64,000 nucleotides of DNA from Marsupella aquatica (lineage: Eukaryota > Plantae > Marchantiophyta). Below the pieces are notes generated by a model. That model did not search any database. It was given only the letters and a program-made list of their open reading frames with translations, and was not told the DNA's origin. Both the position numbers and the translations under genes were made by a program. Shown here one piece after another: positions 21,961 to 35,240 of the stretch (position 1 is the first letter of the stretch; each line of letters begins with the position of its first letter). Location: positions 8,105,251 to 8,169,250 of the forward strand of contig OZ316892.1 of NCBI GenBank assembly GCA_973895155.1. Reading direction: 5' to 3'.

Positions 21961-24900
21961 CTCTTCATGGCCCTCCAATCCAGTTCACCCCAGCTCTTTA
22001 CAGGTCGCTCATCTCACCTGTGGTTTACTGCTGTACCCCACAGGTGAGATAGTTGAATTTGAGTGCTAGCTTCTTTGATTGTAGCTTTGGACTCACTGGC
22101 AATATGATTCACTGTTAACAACTACTCCATACTATATGTATGATTGAGGTGGCTACTCTAAATAAATCAACTAGGACAACTCAACAATCTAGATATCTAG
22201 CCAAACATGTTGCCCTTATGGGGTCTCAAAGTGCCAAAGTTCACATTTGTAAACTAGTGAAGTAAGTGTTCCACAAATTGTTGTTCTTAACAGACAAACA
22301 CAAGACATGGCAGTAAGGAAGTTTCATAGGCTGAGCGCAAAAAATTAATCAGACAAATGCACCATGATGAGAATGGGTAGGATCAGCTGTCATGATCAGA
22401 ACCTGTTTGCCTTAGTTATCACATGTCACCCCAAGAATCTGTTTGGTGTATTGCTCGAGCATTGAGATGCCCATTAGACTATCTGTTTTGTAGACTGATA
22501 ACACAAAGGTTGGTATCGAAACGTGTCTCGAGATTTCCTAAGATAAATCCAAACATTCCTAAACACCCTTACAAACATCAATTCAAGAGATAGAAACAGA
22601 ATATTATCGCGCAAACCAAACACCCACATATTGCTATACCCCATACCCTCAAAGGATATGATCATGTGAATTGATTAGATTCGTTCTGTGTGTCCTCTAC
22701 ACATTGGTCATGACTTTTGAAAGATTCTAAACTTAGTGCATCCACTGCCGTCTAAATCAGTGGGCCAACTGGGGAGATACCAAAATATTCTTTTATCGTA
22801 TCAAAACTTGTCACTGCATTCCAAATTGGATAAAAAGAAGCACCGTACATAAATTTAATATTAAGGTGACCACATATATATTTTAATGCTACTGAAATCT
22901 AATCCAAACAAACTCACTCTAGAAAAAAATGTGTTCTTTCTAGAGGGAGTTAAGGCAGGACACACTGGTAGATTTGTTTTTAACCATCTAACTTCTGATT
23001 ACAAGTGAGCTCTGACTTGTTTAAGTTTATGTAAAGCCTGCTGCAAGGTTCATGTCCGTGTTTCGTGGGCCCAAATGCCTGATCTGGTGGTTTGGTGTTC
23101 AGGCTCGATTTCCCTCAGTTCACAAACAATAACAAAAGGGCTGGTATCCATAGAGATTTTTCACCTCCAACTGTCTCCACCCTCAACAGCTCAGTCCTCA
23201 CCCCCAAAATCTGGTTGCACGATAAAAACGCCAGGCCACGTCACAGGCAGACTAGATTGTGTGGCCCCCAAGCCCTTGTCAATAATTGTTTTCATCTCCT
23301 TGGCACCAAATCTTTGTGGTGGACCCTCAAGAGTCAGGATCTATGCATGACCCTTCCTTTTTGGAAAACAACTTCCCCAGCCAAACATTCTCACTCACAC
23401 GGACGACTTGCCTCATACGGTTGTGTACGTGCCGTGGGCTGGCCATGCTTCTTCAACTAGTTGACCCCAAGAGCCTTCCTTCTCAGCGTGGCCTAATGGG
23501 ATTGCTTGGGCCAGACTTGATTGTTTTGAGGTTGATGCAAAATCTGTTGTGGACCCCTAAGTTGCATGGAGATTCTTCCTATTTTGGATGGGAATAACAT
23601 GGAGCTTTTCTGAACAGTCTCCTGTTATAAGCCACCAAAGATTCTCGCACACAAACACTGGTTGCCTTATAGGTGGAGAGCAATAATTTATTATCTAATT
23701 GAGCCACGCTTCCTGCCCATCTTGGCTCACTGGCCAACAATGAGGTGGGGTGGAGAGGTGTACCCGTGAATTCTTTCTTTATCAGTTTGACTCTGCCAAG
23801 TCTCACCTCCTTGGCTAGCACTCCACCCCTAAGGGTACCCTGAAAGGTGCCAAGGGAATCCAACGAATGGAGACATATGGTGGAGAGGGCCACAGTCAAT
23901 CAGCATATGGCAACACTATCATGCACAACACTATGCCATGTCACTACCCAAATCCAACGGCAGTCATGTAGTAGTACAAGTACCTCTTTTTGCACTCTTC
24001 TTAGAATATTTGTTGGCATATGCTCCATCAATGAGGTTGCCATACTAAATATTTAATGATGGCAATGAGGGGGGGGGGGATACAGAACAAAAGGCCAAAG
24101 ACCAACAAGAAGGGCCAAGACAGGCCCAGCAATAGAATGGAACCATTGCAAACCAGAGTAAACTAACCTGCCTATGGGCTATAAAGTTATTGAAATGACT
24201 CTCATATCAAGCTGCCAAAGAAAATAATGTGTCACACATGGAGACAAGATCCAAAGGCAAAATAACGGGGAGAAAGCAAGGGGAAAAGCTCCAGAAGACC
24301 AAAGAGCCAAAAACCCCAAGAGTCTCACACAACCTCAAAGGAACATAGGCCCTATTCAATAGTAAACTGAAAAGCTTGGTGAAGCTCAGGAGGATTACTG
24401 AGAGGAATTTGTCTAGGGGCCCTAAAAGCAAAAAGGAACTTCATTCAAAAATTAGGAGGTACTTGACTCAAATAAGTATAGTGTTTATCATCTTTAAACC
24501 ATCTTGTACTCTTAAAATGAGTAGACCGCCCCATAGATTGCTTTTAGTATTCCAAGAATATTTTGAAATTTTTTTCTTTAAAAAAAATTAAGTAGAAATT
24601 TGTGTTAAGGCTCATCCTTGGCCCCCAGGACACAACACTCCCCTCATGTATGTTTCTGGAGACCCCATAGAAAGTGAACCATCAGTCTCAACATTTGAAC
24701 CCAAGACATACCAGGTCTCCACACAAGTGAACTACCACAGGCATGCCTTTCTGGGCAGTACTCCAGGAATTTATTTGTTTAGATCACTGTATTCAAAATT
24801 TATGTAAATTAAAAAAACATAATTCTAAATTTACAGTCACAAGCTTATGGGATTTTAATTGAATTCTAAATGGAAACCTCATGTAATGCCATTGGCTTAG

Positions 24901-27435
24901 GGGAAGGAACACCTCAATTCTATATCTAATGGGATGGAAATTAAGCGTGACGCCAAGAGTCATTTGTTGCCCATGATCAAAGTTATCCTTCAAATTTGAT
25001 GTTAATAGTCCCATATTTTAATGAAATCTTAAATGACTCCCCTGCCTCCCTACCACTCACCCACAGTTACTCCCCTCTCCACCTGACAAACTCTCAACAA
25101 TGCACCCTTACTATTTGCTCCCACCCTGACCAGCCTCCCTACCCTCTTCCCCAATCATGACCCACTCCTCCCCAAACTGCCCCAACCTGGGCAGTATGCT
25201 CTGATCCCCTGACTCAGTCATGTATGGTTGTTCGCACTTTGTCTTTCTCAACCCAAATGCCCTCCTTCTCCCCTACCTACCTTGAGTTTGGCCAATTTCC
25301 TTCCACCACTTGCTCAACGTGGGTTTATTGCCTACACAGATCCTGTTGGCAGATCTAATGTCCAAGAATTTGTGATAAATCTGACTACCACTATCATATT
25401 CTATGCAAACCACCTACAAATGTGTTAAACTGCCCTCTCTCTACCATTTTGGGTATTGTAGTATAGATAGATAGATGGATAGATTCCTGACAAACTCAAT
25501 ACTGTCACGAATGAATGAAAAACTTTGTGATAAGTTGAGGTGCAGATTCACAAGAGTAGTTTTACACAATTAAATTAGCTGATATGAGCCTAAATGCCCA
25601 AGCATTACTCACATATAGATGGTGAATTCAGTCATGCCTATTTCTAATTCCACCTCCAACCATACTTGTGCCCTCACAGTCATGTGTCTAGAGGCTTCAC
25701 TCTCATGCACCTATCATGAGTAAAGCTCGGGTAGCATTGGTTACAGCTGCATGTCAGTCTCATGGCATAAATCTCTTTCCTTGCTTTCTCCCCTTTCACT
25801 ACCCTAAAATGAGTAGCCACCACCAATGTCAGGCCCAAAGCCCATGCTCCTTCAATCACAATTTTTCGCAATTCTATTTTTCACAATATCGCAATCCTAT
25901 ATTTCACAATTCTGGATTCGCACATAAAGTTACAGGAAATTTATTAAGGTTATTGATTAGTTATTGAGTCTTTTCCTTAGGATAGCCCAAAGAATGGCTT
26001 CTGTAACTTTAGGGGAATTCCCATAACTCTTGAGCTATGGAAAGACAATATCCTGGTATCTCCAGGCTTTGAGACCCCCTATTAATAATTGAAATTTCCT
26101 AGAAATACATGATTGGACACGATGTGAAATGAGTACTAAAGGTTACTCCTTTAAGCAAGAGCTTGAGTACTGCAGGTTGCCCTGAGTACCTGATACAAGA
26201 GCTTGTGGCGTAAAGTACCCAACAGACCTTACTATGCTTGGCCTATGTTATTTAGATGTGCTTGACGATGTACACAATATTTAGTTTACCTCGTACCAGC
26301 ATCTGAGGTTTAGGCCTTTGCATTGCCCAGGCAAACTGAGTACGTCCCTCAAGTCCATATCGACAAATTCATTTGGGCCATGCATAAGCTTCAGAGATGG
26401 AGCACGGCTACTGTGTCCTCATTGACCATAGTAAGCCTTCGGTTGGGAAAATCAAACACCAAGAAAGCAATGAATCCGCTTTGATACAGAGTCCAAATTA
26501 CTCATACCCTTCCGCCCCTGCCAGAGTCTGTAGTCATCAACTCCAAATAGATAGATCGCCCCTGCATGTAGGGTCATGCTTCGGCAGCAGTCAACCATGA
26601 GATCCCATGACTCGGAAAAGTCAGCAGTAACCATGGCGTAGTGAGGCCTTGCACAAGTCCTGTTCGAGCTCTCTAAACTATAAGTAGGATTTCGAGGTCA
26701 TAGCTGCAGGGCGTGCATTTCCGTGTCCAAGTCGTGATTACTGATTTGCACGACCTTGTTTTAAATCATCTCAGTATTTGGAAGATTATGTGGTTTCACC
26801 AACACCGGGGCAAGCTCGGAAATGCGAAGCCTCTGCTGGGTCTTAGGAGGAGAAATCTTGTTTAGGCTCCTTGTGGAACGGTGGAGAAAGTTCAATGCCG
26901 AGTCTTGCTCCCATAAGAAGATACAACTCAAAGCTCTTTTCAACTTCTGATTCTGATTCTACGGTAAAAGAAATAATGGCCATCTGCAAGATCCAACAGT
27001 ACCAGGAACCCATCACATACATTTTTCTAGGGATTTCCTCTCAGCTTCATGTAAAAAATATGCCGAAGCAACTTCAAAGTACGGGAGCATTGATTTCGGT
27101 GTTCTGAATCAGGGCTGATCTGTTGGAACCTGCCACTCCGCCTGCTTTGTACAAATATCATCTGACAAGTTGCAAATTAATCGAATGTCGACGTCCACCT
27201 CCGCGACATGAAAGAAGACTGCTGTATTGCTGTCTTGAAAAATGTGCTTACTCTCCAGAACAGGGTCGACAACGAACATTAAACAGCATTTGCTGTCCAA
27301 ATCCAGCCCGACAAATTTCTCGGACATCTGAAAGCATTGACCCATTCAAAATTCTAACTAACTAAAATAGACTCAGGCAACTCACTTCACAACATATTTG
27401 GAGGGCATGCCGATGACAAGGAAAAAACGCAAATG

Positions 27436-30400
27436 TCAACGTTTTGGTTGATCCATCACATTGTCTCTTAGGCCTAGCTTCGTAATTACTTCACAGTAAG
27501 CATCCCAATCCTTCCGACGTAGGTACTTGAGTATTTTCCTCCGTCGTTGCACCATGGCTTCAAGCCCCTTACGTGAATGATAGTCCTGTGCACAAGAAAA
27601 CTGGTCAGTTATGGAGACCTTGTTGTGCACTTTCATGCCAAGAAGGATGTCCCAAAAGTCCCAATAAGGTGCAACATTCACTGTTCAGTTTCCATACTTA
27701 CTACAGTACAACAGTTCAGATTTGTACCTTTCTGTGTGTCTCCATATGCTTAGTCATGTACTTGATCTTTGTCGTGAGGAGTGCAACTGCAAAATGCTCT
27801 CCCAATCAGTTTCCCCCTTGAATTTTCATTGAACAACGACATTTGCAGATATTGACATCAAATCCAGAATATCAAAAGCGTTGCTAAGATATCCACGACA
27901 ACAATCACTGGGGACAACTTCATCAGGGGCATACTTTGTACTTGAGACGAGCCGCAGTCAGTCTTGTGTATTTGAAACTCATTTCGCACTTTGGTCAATG
28001 TGACCTTATGCTTCTCAGGTGATGCCAAATTTTCCCAGTGAAAATACTGCAAGGATTGACAAACGATGCCAGTGTTTGCTTCAGTTCTTCTGGCGCATGC
28101 GGCAAAATAATTCACCTTAGTCTACTTGAAGGTAGACACGGGAGTGTGGTACGAAGGTGTACATTAGACTTTACCTTCCTCAGAAGTTCATTCTTTGGCG
28201 GCAAAAACGTGAAATTTGATGCTTGATTGTTGTCGCCCATTTTGCTCATTAAAGCAAGCCTTTGCACTGCCAAAACCACCACCTAGTCAAAGACAAGAAC
28301 ACCAGAAATGGAGGAGATTTACCCAGCTGAAGCAAACACATCACTCAATACCATTCATCCAATACCATTCATCCAATAGTTTATCAATTCAATCAGTCCG
28401 AATGTGCTTTGTAAATGACACAAAGAAACCTACTTGATACTTCTAATCGCTCACGCTCTGAAGCTGGCGTTTCTTTGTTCAAACTAAACCATGGAGCACC
28501 TGCACATTGAAGAGCAGAAAATCAGTGTCTCGAAAAATAAGATGTGCAAAGGAGGACATGAAATTAAATCTACAGATTCACAGTTCGATGCAAGCGATTT
28601 CACACCAAACTGCTAGTTCTCCGAGCAGAGCGAAATCTGTCACAAAGAGTTCTGGTCGACGAGAACACACTGCTAGTTATTTGAGAGGTTGAGGCGCCAA
28701 TATTCAGTCTAAACTAGATCTTGCACTGATAAATGCTTTCCCTGTGGTATTCTCAAATTATAAATACAAAACTACACTGTCAAGACACAAATGCCGCTAT
28801 GGTAGACTGTACTCACAACGCCAAACACTACCTCTGGGCCACTGAAACCAGGGATCGCTCCAGTTCATCAGGGAGGACCAGTTCACTTTGGCAACTGAAC
28901 AAAACTACATCTGGCTAAAGTAATTACATAAAGTAGGAACTAATAAGCCCCTCAATACAAAGCTTTCCAAGGAGACAACTTACTTGAAAGGTCAGGTAAC
29001 TCCAGCTCTGTAGAGGATTTTTCTTTCGAAGATGCAAGCCAACGAGCCCCAGCTTCCTTACCTGTTGGGAAAAACAATGAAATCAAAGGCACATATTTAA
29101 AATAATAGGATAAGACATATTCCGTGCTGACTCATATATCCAGTAGCGTGCTTTCACGACCTGCACTGTTTGCAGAGGGACTTTGAACAAACAGGTATTC
29201 TGAGAGCTTCGCGGAGAAGCCACATTGAACGCAGAGGTGTTACTAAACCACCCAAGGTCTACCTCTTCATGTTCAGATATCAAGCCAACCATTTGCCTTC
29301 AAAACGAATTAATAATCACTTCCTAAACTAGGAGAACCCCATCAAGGACTCCGCCCTCGGTCAGATCCCTTAAACTTAAACTGCCTGATCCCCAAACGAG
29401 AAATGAAACATAGGTCCGGAGTCTTCATTATTTTCCTGAATGAGACGTCAAACTTCAGAAGGATGTCCCCTCTCAGGGTTGGAAATCTCAAATTCAGACA
29501 TAGAAAAGTCGATACGTAGACTCTGAGGTGGGAGTGCATTCACAATACACTTATGAAGGAGTGAGAGCAAATTAAGATTAACCAAAGTCAGCATAGAATT
29601 TGGATGTTCAAAGAGGAAAAACAATAAAAGAGAACTGTCACATACTTGTGATTTCTTGCCGCTCTTGTTCTGTTGAAGAGGCCTCTGGATCCTTGGGTAG
29701 AAACCATCTACTAATCGCCTCCTTATCTGCGATCACCATGGAGGTCAGAAGGAGGCTGTTAAAATACTGAAGAAGGAACAGGGTCAGTTTTTGACGGGAC
29801 GCAAAGATCCTTGATTCGTTATCAGAAGATACATTTCCTTTGCGACGTCCTCTCCCACGCAGGGTGAACAGACGAGACACGCATTAAAGCAACGAGGAAA
29901 AACCACTCCAAGAACATTGCCTTGCTACTTTCAAGGACGCAAATGTTAATCAAACAAAGAGACTGGCTCACTATTTCTGTCCACAAAACACTATCTTGAG
30001 CAGATGCCAGTAGATACCATACCCAAAGACTCCGGTTTTTCCTCTCCTAATTGCACTTTCAATTCTGGAATGAACCACCTCTTGCTTCCACCTTCTCTGC
30101 CTGTAAGCAGGAAAGAATAAAACCGGATTATGAACATAAGATCCATATCCATTACATACTTTGCCACACAGATTCTCTATCCTGTAGTAATCACAGTGAT
30201 AGTCTAGACTATTCAAAATACATCCAGATCCAACATGTCTAGACTACTTTACAACTCACACAGGACAGCATCATGCTAGTTAGTAGCTCTGCTTCCAGAA
30301 ACGCTTGTGATTGCAACTTACTTGATGGATCTCGTAGCTCCTGCCCAGCTAATTCCTCTCCCTTGAGAATGGACCACTGCTTCTCCCCACTATCCTTGTC

Positions 30401-31696
30401 TATGATACGCAAAAGCACGGATTTAATCAGCAGAACCCATCTACTGTTTGTTTCCTGTAATCGAGAAACGTAACTCTTGACACAGCTGGAAATCTCAGCA
30501 TTTCACTAAAACCCAAGTAAAGCTATCCTTACAGGGCTCTCTCAAGAGACTGAGAAGACACTCACTTGTCTTCCGTGAATTTCCAGCTTGAGCACGGCTC
30601 TGCTCACTGAACTTTTGCCACCAGCGACCCAGTTCGTTTTCTGCTATCAATCAAACAACAATAAAGGCCTAGAAAATGGTGCAAGAACAACGAATTCGTT
30701 CTTTCCCACATCCAGGAAACAATCCGTAAACGAATGCATTCACATGTCCAACTTTAAATTGGTAGCCTCGCAGGATTCATTTAGAGCCCTACGGATTCAT
30801 ATCACAGCTTGGCAGATCCCTAAAGGAAAGGAAGGCAAGCCTCTTGATCCACCATTAGAGAAGAATCTTCCACCATTACAACTTCAGGAAAGTGGAATCG
30901 AGTCATCCAATTCCTAATTCTTCATTTCAGGTCGTCTACTTTGACATAGAAATTTCCCTGCTCCTTGGGGATGTTTCCACATCGGGTCAATTCCGCTAGT
31001 TCGATCTCCAGATGGACCATGGTCACCCATTATGCTTCTTCCTTTTTTCAAAGCACACCCAAAACATTGTTCACTGATTCATTCTAGGCGAATCCCCCTT
31101 TCCGAAAAAAACTACTTTACAATTTGACACGGATCCGCAACAGGCATTCATTCCTTCGAAACGAACGAAGCCAAAACGATAGCTATAAAAAGGACATTCC
31201 TGTGCACTAGGACAGAGGCTAAATAATTTGCTTGTAAACTAATGGCTGAAAACCGATCAACCGGGAGAGCGTGAGAATAAATCCAATACTTTATTTAAAG
31301 TCCACCGGGATCCAAACGGGCAATGGACCAACACTGTTCAAAAGATTTCAAAGTCCAAAGTAAGATCATAATCCACAGATGGTGGAAAATCAGATCACGA
31401 TACAAGATACAAAGGATATCCAGCACAAAGAGACACATCGAATAAGAGGCAGAAAACAAATTACTCTTACCTGGTTCTTCCTCTCCAGGAGGGGGCTTTG
31501 GAGCATCAGACGAAATCGATCTGGAGCTCAAAATGTGCCACTGCTGGTGCTTCAGCCGCTGCCCTTCTTCCGTAGCCGCAATGCGCAGCAGAGAACCGAC
31601 GAAATCGAACTCTCCTTTCGCTCCTCCATCACCAGAAACAGCAGAATTGCGCACCAACGAGCGCAGCAGATTCACTGAAGACCTTGCGCCCCTCAT
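27436..31696 (-). CDS. RPS15: Mitochondrial ribosomal protein uS15m (S15/NS1 RNA-binding) with a long repeat-containing N-terminal extension, ~364 aa (390 aa with optional exon)
   Basis: Exons: 31696-31471, 30640-30566, 30399-30322, 30100-30023, 29726-29646, 29061-28984, [28894-28817 optional], 28499-28434, 28266-28175, 28046-27935, 27786-27728, 27585-27436. All are GT-AG and phase-consistent. The C-terminus PPKNELLRK|[12 protein letters not shown]...DCGSSQVQ|IALLTTKIK...|[30 protein letters not shown] is an S15 domain. The Arg/Ser-rich N-terminus is presequence-like. Confidence 0.88.
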
Positions 31697-31713
31697 AGTG
31701 CTGCCCTGACCCA

Positions 31714-31748
31714 AAACCCTGAACCCTCACCCTCTGCTCAAAACCCTA
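31714..31748. promoter_or_regulatory. Telo-box (AAACCCTA) and variants just upstream of the uS15m start codon
   Basis: AAACCCTA at 31741 and AAACCCTGAACCCT at ~31714. Telo-boxes are established elements near plant translation-machinery gene starts. Confidence 0.5.
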
Positions 31749-33240
31749 CCTTGGAACGAACACGGCCTCGATCGAGCTCGATCGAACGCTGCCGATTTAA
31801 AGTTGAGTTCGACAATCAGCATTACAATGTCGTAGAGGGAGCTTTCTCACCTCTTCCCTACTTCTCGCCTTTGTGAACATCATCCTCTCTGATCAAAAAG
31901 CCTTGTCCGCCATATCAGTGACAGCATTTGCCTCTTCAAAGAACAATACTAGAGAGCGCTGAGGTAGAGGGGGCGGAGGAGGCGGGGGCGAGGGGCGGGG
32001 GTTGTAGACACCTCCTCAGTGGGGCGGGTTTCATGCCAGGGTACTCATCGTGCTCTTCCCTAATTAGGTAGTGCTGCACCGTTCTTAACCTATCAAATCG
32101 GGTAATCTGAGGGTGACCACACAAGATGTTGGGGCCCCATGGTTTCCTTTTATTGACTGTGAGATTAAATCTGGATGCATAATAACTGGAAATGACCCAG
32201 TTGGTTTTGCATTAACTTCAAGATTATTCTGACTTGTGTCTGTGTATCCTATATGGCAAGTAGTAAGCCCCCATGTAAATGTTGATGTGGAGTGCTTTTT
32301 TTTGTTTTTTTAGACCACCTGGTCTAATGTTTCCTTAAAAGCATTCCCACCTGCTCAGTCTCAAGGTGAATGGCAAGGGTGAGTGGTTGTCTGCTTGTTG
32401 GCGAGAGTAAGTGGGTGCAATCCTCACTCAAACATATAGTTGCTTCATTATCTAAATTGAATAAGGGTTTAGAGGTTTTTGTTCTTTGGCAGCTTAACAT
32501 TCATTTCTTGAAATGGAGCAAAGAAGAGGCAAGAGTAGCTGTCTCAGGAAAAGACTAAAATTTGTACTCTGGAGTGAGAATCAGGGACAGTTTAGGCTTT
32601 ATTAGGGGTATTAAACTCAAATTTTGATGCACCTTAATTTAGGGACAATAATTAAGGTTAGTAACAGTAAAGTTATGGAATACCAAATTCATGATCCATA
32701 ATTTTTGGTGTCACAAGTCAAATGTAGACCTAGTGGAATAAAAAATATTGGAAAACCAGAAGTCAGCGTAGATAGAGGAAAAAAATTTAAAAATAGAAGA
32801 CTTTTACATAACCTGTGAAAAAGCATTTGTTTATGGCCATTTGTTTATGTCCCAAAGTTGTCAATCCATGTGAAAAATGTGAAATATACACAAACTTTAT
32901 AAAAAAAGGCCACAAAAGAATAAACAAAAGAGGTCCCAAATGGACAAAACCAAGATCAAAACCAAGATCAAAAGGAACCTCTAAGAACTGTGAAAAAGCA
33001 TTTGTTCATGGCCAAAAGTTGTCATCCGTAGCTATTTTGAGACGCACTGCTATTCTCAACTAAGAAGATCATTCTATGATTCTATCAAAACTGGCGATCA
33101 AACTTGGATCGATGTGGTCAATGCTGGGCTGATAATGGCATCAAAATTGGATTGATGTGGTCAGTGGGCTCTCAAACATCACCGCAACGCTGAGGAGCGA
33201 TCGACGACTCGGACGTTCAGAAGAGCGGCGAACAGGGTCG

Positions 33241-33412
33241 AAAGGAATTTCAAAACCAAGCATGGTGAGAGTGCACAATGTTTGCTGTTAGAGAGCAGAA
33301 AGGATTTTCAAAACCGAGCATGGGGAGAGCACAATGTTTTGATGTTAGAGAGGAGAAAGGATTTTCAAAACCGAGCGTGGCGAGGGTGCACAATGTATGC
33401 TGTTAGAGAGAT
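33241..33412. repeat. Tandem repeat, ~58-bp unit, 3 copies
   Basis: TTTCAAAACC(A/G)AGC(A/G)TGG.GAG..(T)GCACAATGT.T..TGTTAGAGAG is repeated three times. Confidence 0.9.
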
Positions 33413-33959
33413 ACGTAGAATTCGATACACAAAATGAAAGAAGGAGACACTGGAGAGAGAACAGCATCGAAGCACCAACCCTTTGGAGTAGCAAGCTCAA
33501 TTCGAGAAAATGGTGAGGCGAGTAGGGCAGAGGATTAGGGTTTAAGGATATGTAGAAGAGCAATGAGTGATGTGCAGATTGAACACGACGGATTTGAAGG
33601 AACAGGAAGAAACCGTGGCCTAGAGGCCGTACTGAAAGTTAAATCTCTGAGACGGAACAAGGAGAGGAGAAATCAGTCCGTGCAGCAGGCCAGGGAGCAT
33701 GTTGCGGAAAGGATTTGAGAGACTCCGAAGACCGGAAAGAGTTTGCAACACAAGAGCGACATCTAAACCTTGATCAGAGAGGGTAAGAAGAGGAAGTGGG
33801 AGATGGAATGACCCCTCCCTTACTACCTAAGTTTGAAAGGGCGTGAATGATTGAGTGACAGACAAGAGATTGAGGGTTTTGGTGGGAACAGAGAGATCAC
33901 ATTGTGCGTTTGGGAAGAGGCAGATACAGAATTCAACAGCCAAGGTGAGACGGGTTGTA

Positions 33960-34028
33960 GAGAGGAGCGGAGAGGAGAGGAGAGGAGAGGAGAGGAGAGG
34001 AGAGGAGAGGAGAGGAGAGGAGAGGAGA
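33960..34028. repeat. (GAGAG)n pentanucleotide microsatellite just upstream of the TBCC start
   Basis: About 13 units, ending 33 nt before the ATG at 34062. Confidence 0.95.
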
Positions 34029-34061
34029 CGCATTTTTGGTTAAACAGATAGTGTGGGCGCT

Positions 34062-35240
34062 ATGGTGAACGAGGGAGGAGACGGAGGCGAAATGCCAGCA
34101 GCAGCAGACGACAGGGCCGCAGCAGATCTGATACAGGAGAGGAAGTACCAGGACAGGTTGGAGCGTCTAGCAGCGCGAAATGAGGTTCGGCTGCAGGAGT
34201 CCTCCGCTCGCAAATCAACCATGGCAGCAGCAGTTGATCCCCGAGAATCGGTGGATCTCTTCCTCTCCTCGTTCTCCCAGCAGCGGGAGGACGCCGAGGT
34301 AGGGCTGGCCCTCTCTAGAACGAAAGAGATCCAACCCTCAGCCATGAAGGACCATTTAGAAAAGCTCTCTTTCAATGTCACCGCCATGGAGAAATCGGTT
34401 GCTGCCGCTGCGTACTTCCTCCCTGCCTCCGTCGTCAAGGCCTCGCAGAACACCATAGCGAGGCTCCGGGATGGTCTGGAGATCGCCAACGCTGAACTCG
34501 TCCCCAAAAAGAAGTTCTCTTTTCGAAACAAAGCGAAGAACCCTCCCGGATCTGTCCCCTCACCTGAACCAACAATTCAGAGCAATTCAGAGGCTTCGAA
34601 GGCTTTCGATTTGACCTCTTCTTTGGAGCATGGGGACGAAACCACCGCAGCTTCTAAAACCCTAACCGGTAGTGGAAATTCAGGTAAGGAGAGCTCACAA
34701 TGGGTAGAAGTTAACAATCTCGAGCGAATTAAGGGCCAATCCAACGCCACTTTTGTTCGTGATGCACACGAGCTGGGAGGGGAGCTAACCCTCTCGAATC
34801 TGAGCAACTGTAGAGTCTATCTGAGAGGCCGGCTCACCTCCCTCGTTCTACATTCTCTGAAGAACTGTCACATCTACTCCGGTCCTGTGACAGGGTCGGT
34901 GTTCATTGAGACTGTTGAGAGCAGTCTCCTGGTTTTGGCATCTCACCAGATTCGAATCCATTCCACCAGCTCCACGGATTTCTACCTCAGAGTGAGAAGC
35001 AGGCCCATTGTGGAGTACACGAGCAAGGTTAGATTCGCTCCTTATGCCTTTGTATACGGGAGCATTCAGGAGGACCTCGTGGCTACTAATCTTGGGGAGG
35101 AGACTGGCTTCTGGGAGAAGGTTGACGATTTTCGTTGGCTGCGTGCTGTGCACTCTCCTAATTGGAGTGTCTTACCAGCAGAGGAACGAATTGCGGTGGA
35201 GGATGGCTCCGGTGTGGTTGGTGTGAAATGTGGATCCTGA
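34062..35240 (+). CDS. TBCC: Tubulin-folding cofactor C (PORCINO-like), intronless, 392 aa
   Basis: The N-terminal helical domain ends PKKKFSFRNK. The C-CAP/TBCC domain contains CHIYSGPVTGSVFIE, LASHQIRIH, FYLRVRSRPIVE, RFAPY and WEKVDDFRWLRAVHSPNW. The first ATG is at 34062. Confidence 0.95.
   Translation: MVNEGGDGGEMPAAADDRAAADLIQERKYQDRLERLAARNEVRLQESSARKSTMAAAVDPRESVDLFLSSFSQQREDAEVGLALSRTKEIQPSAMKDHLEKLSFNVTAMEKSVAAAAYFLPASVVKASQNTIARLRDGLEIANAELVPKKKFSFRNKAKNPPGSVPSPEPTIQSNSEASKAFDLTSSLEHGDETTAASKTLTGSGNSGKESSQWVEVNNLERIKGQSNATFVRDAHELGGELTLSNLSNCRVYLRGRLTSLVLHSLKNCHIYSGPVTGSVFIETVESSLLVLASHQIRIHSTSSTDFYLRVRSRPIVEYTSKVRFAPYAFVYGSIQEDLVATNLGEETGFWEKVDDFRWLRAVHSPNWSVLPAEERIAVEDGSGVVGVKCGS

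Noticed and set aside
29243-29296. Additional uS15m repeat exon (GGTTGGCTTG similar to the RWLA exon)
   Set aside because: In-frame stop in the required phase. At most a decayed copy.
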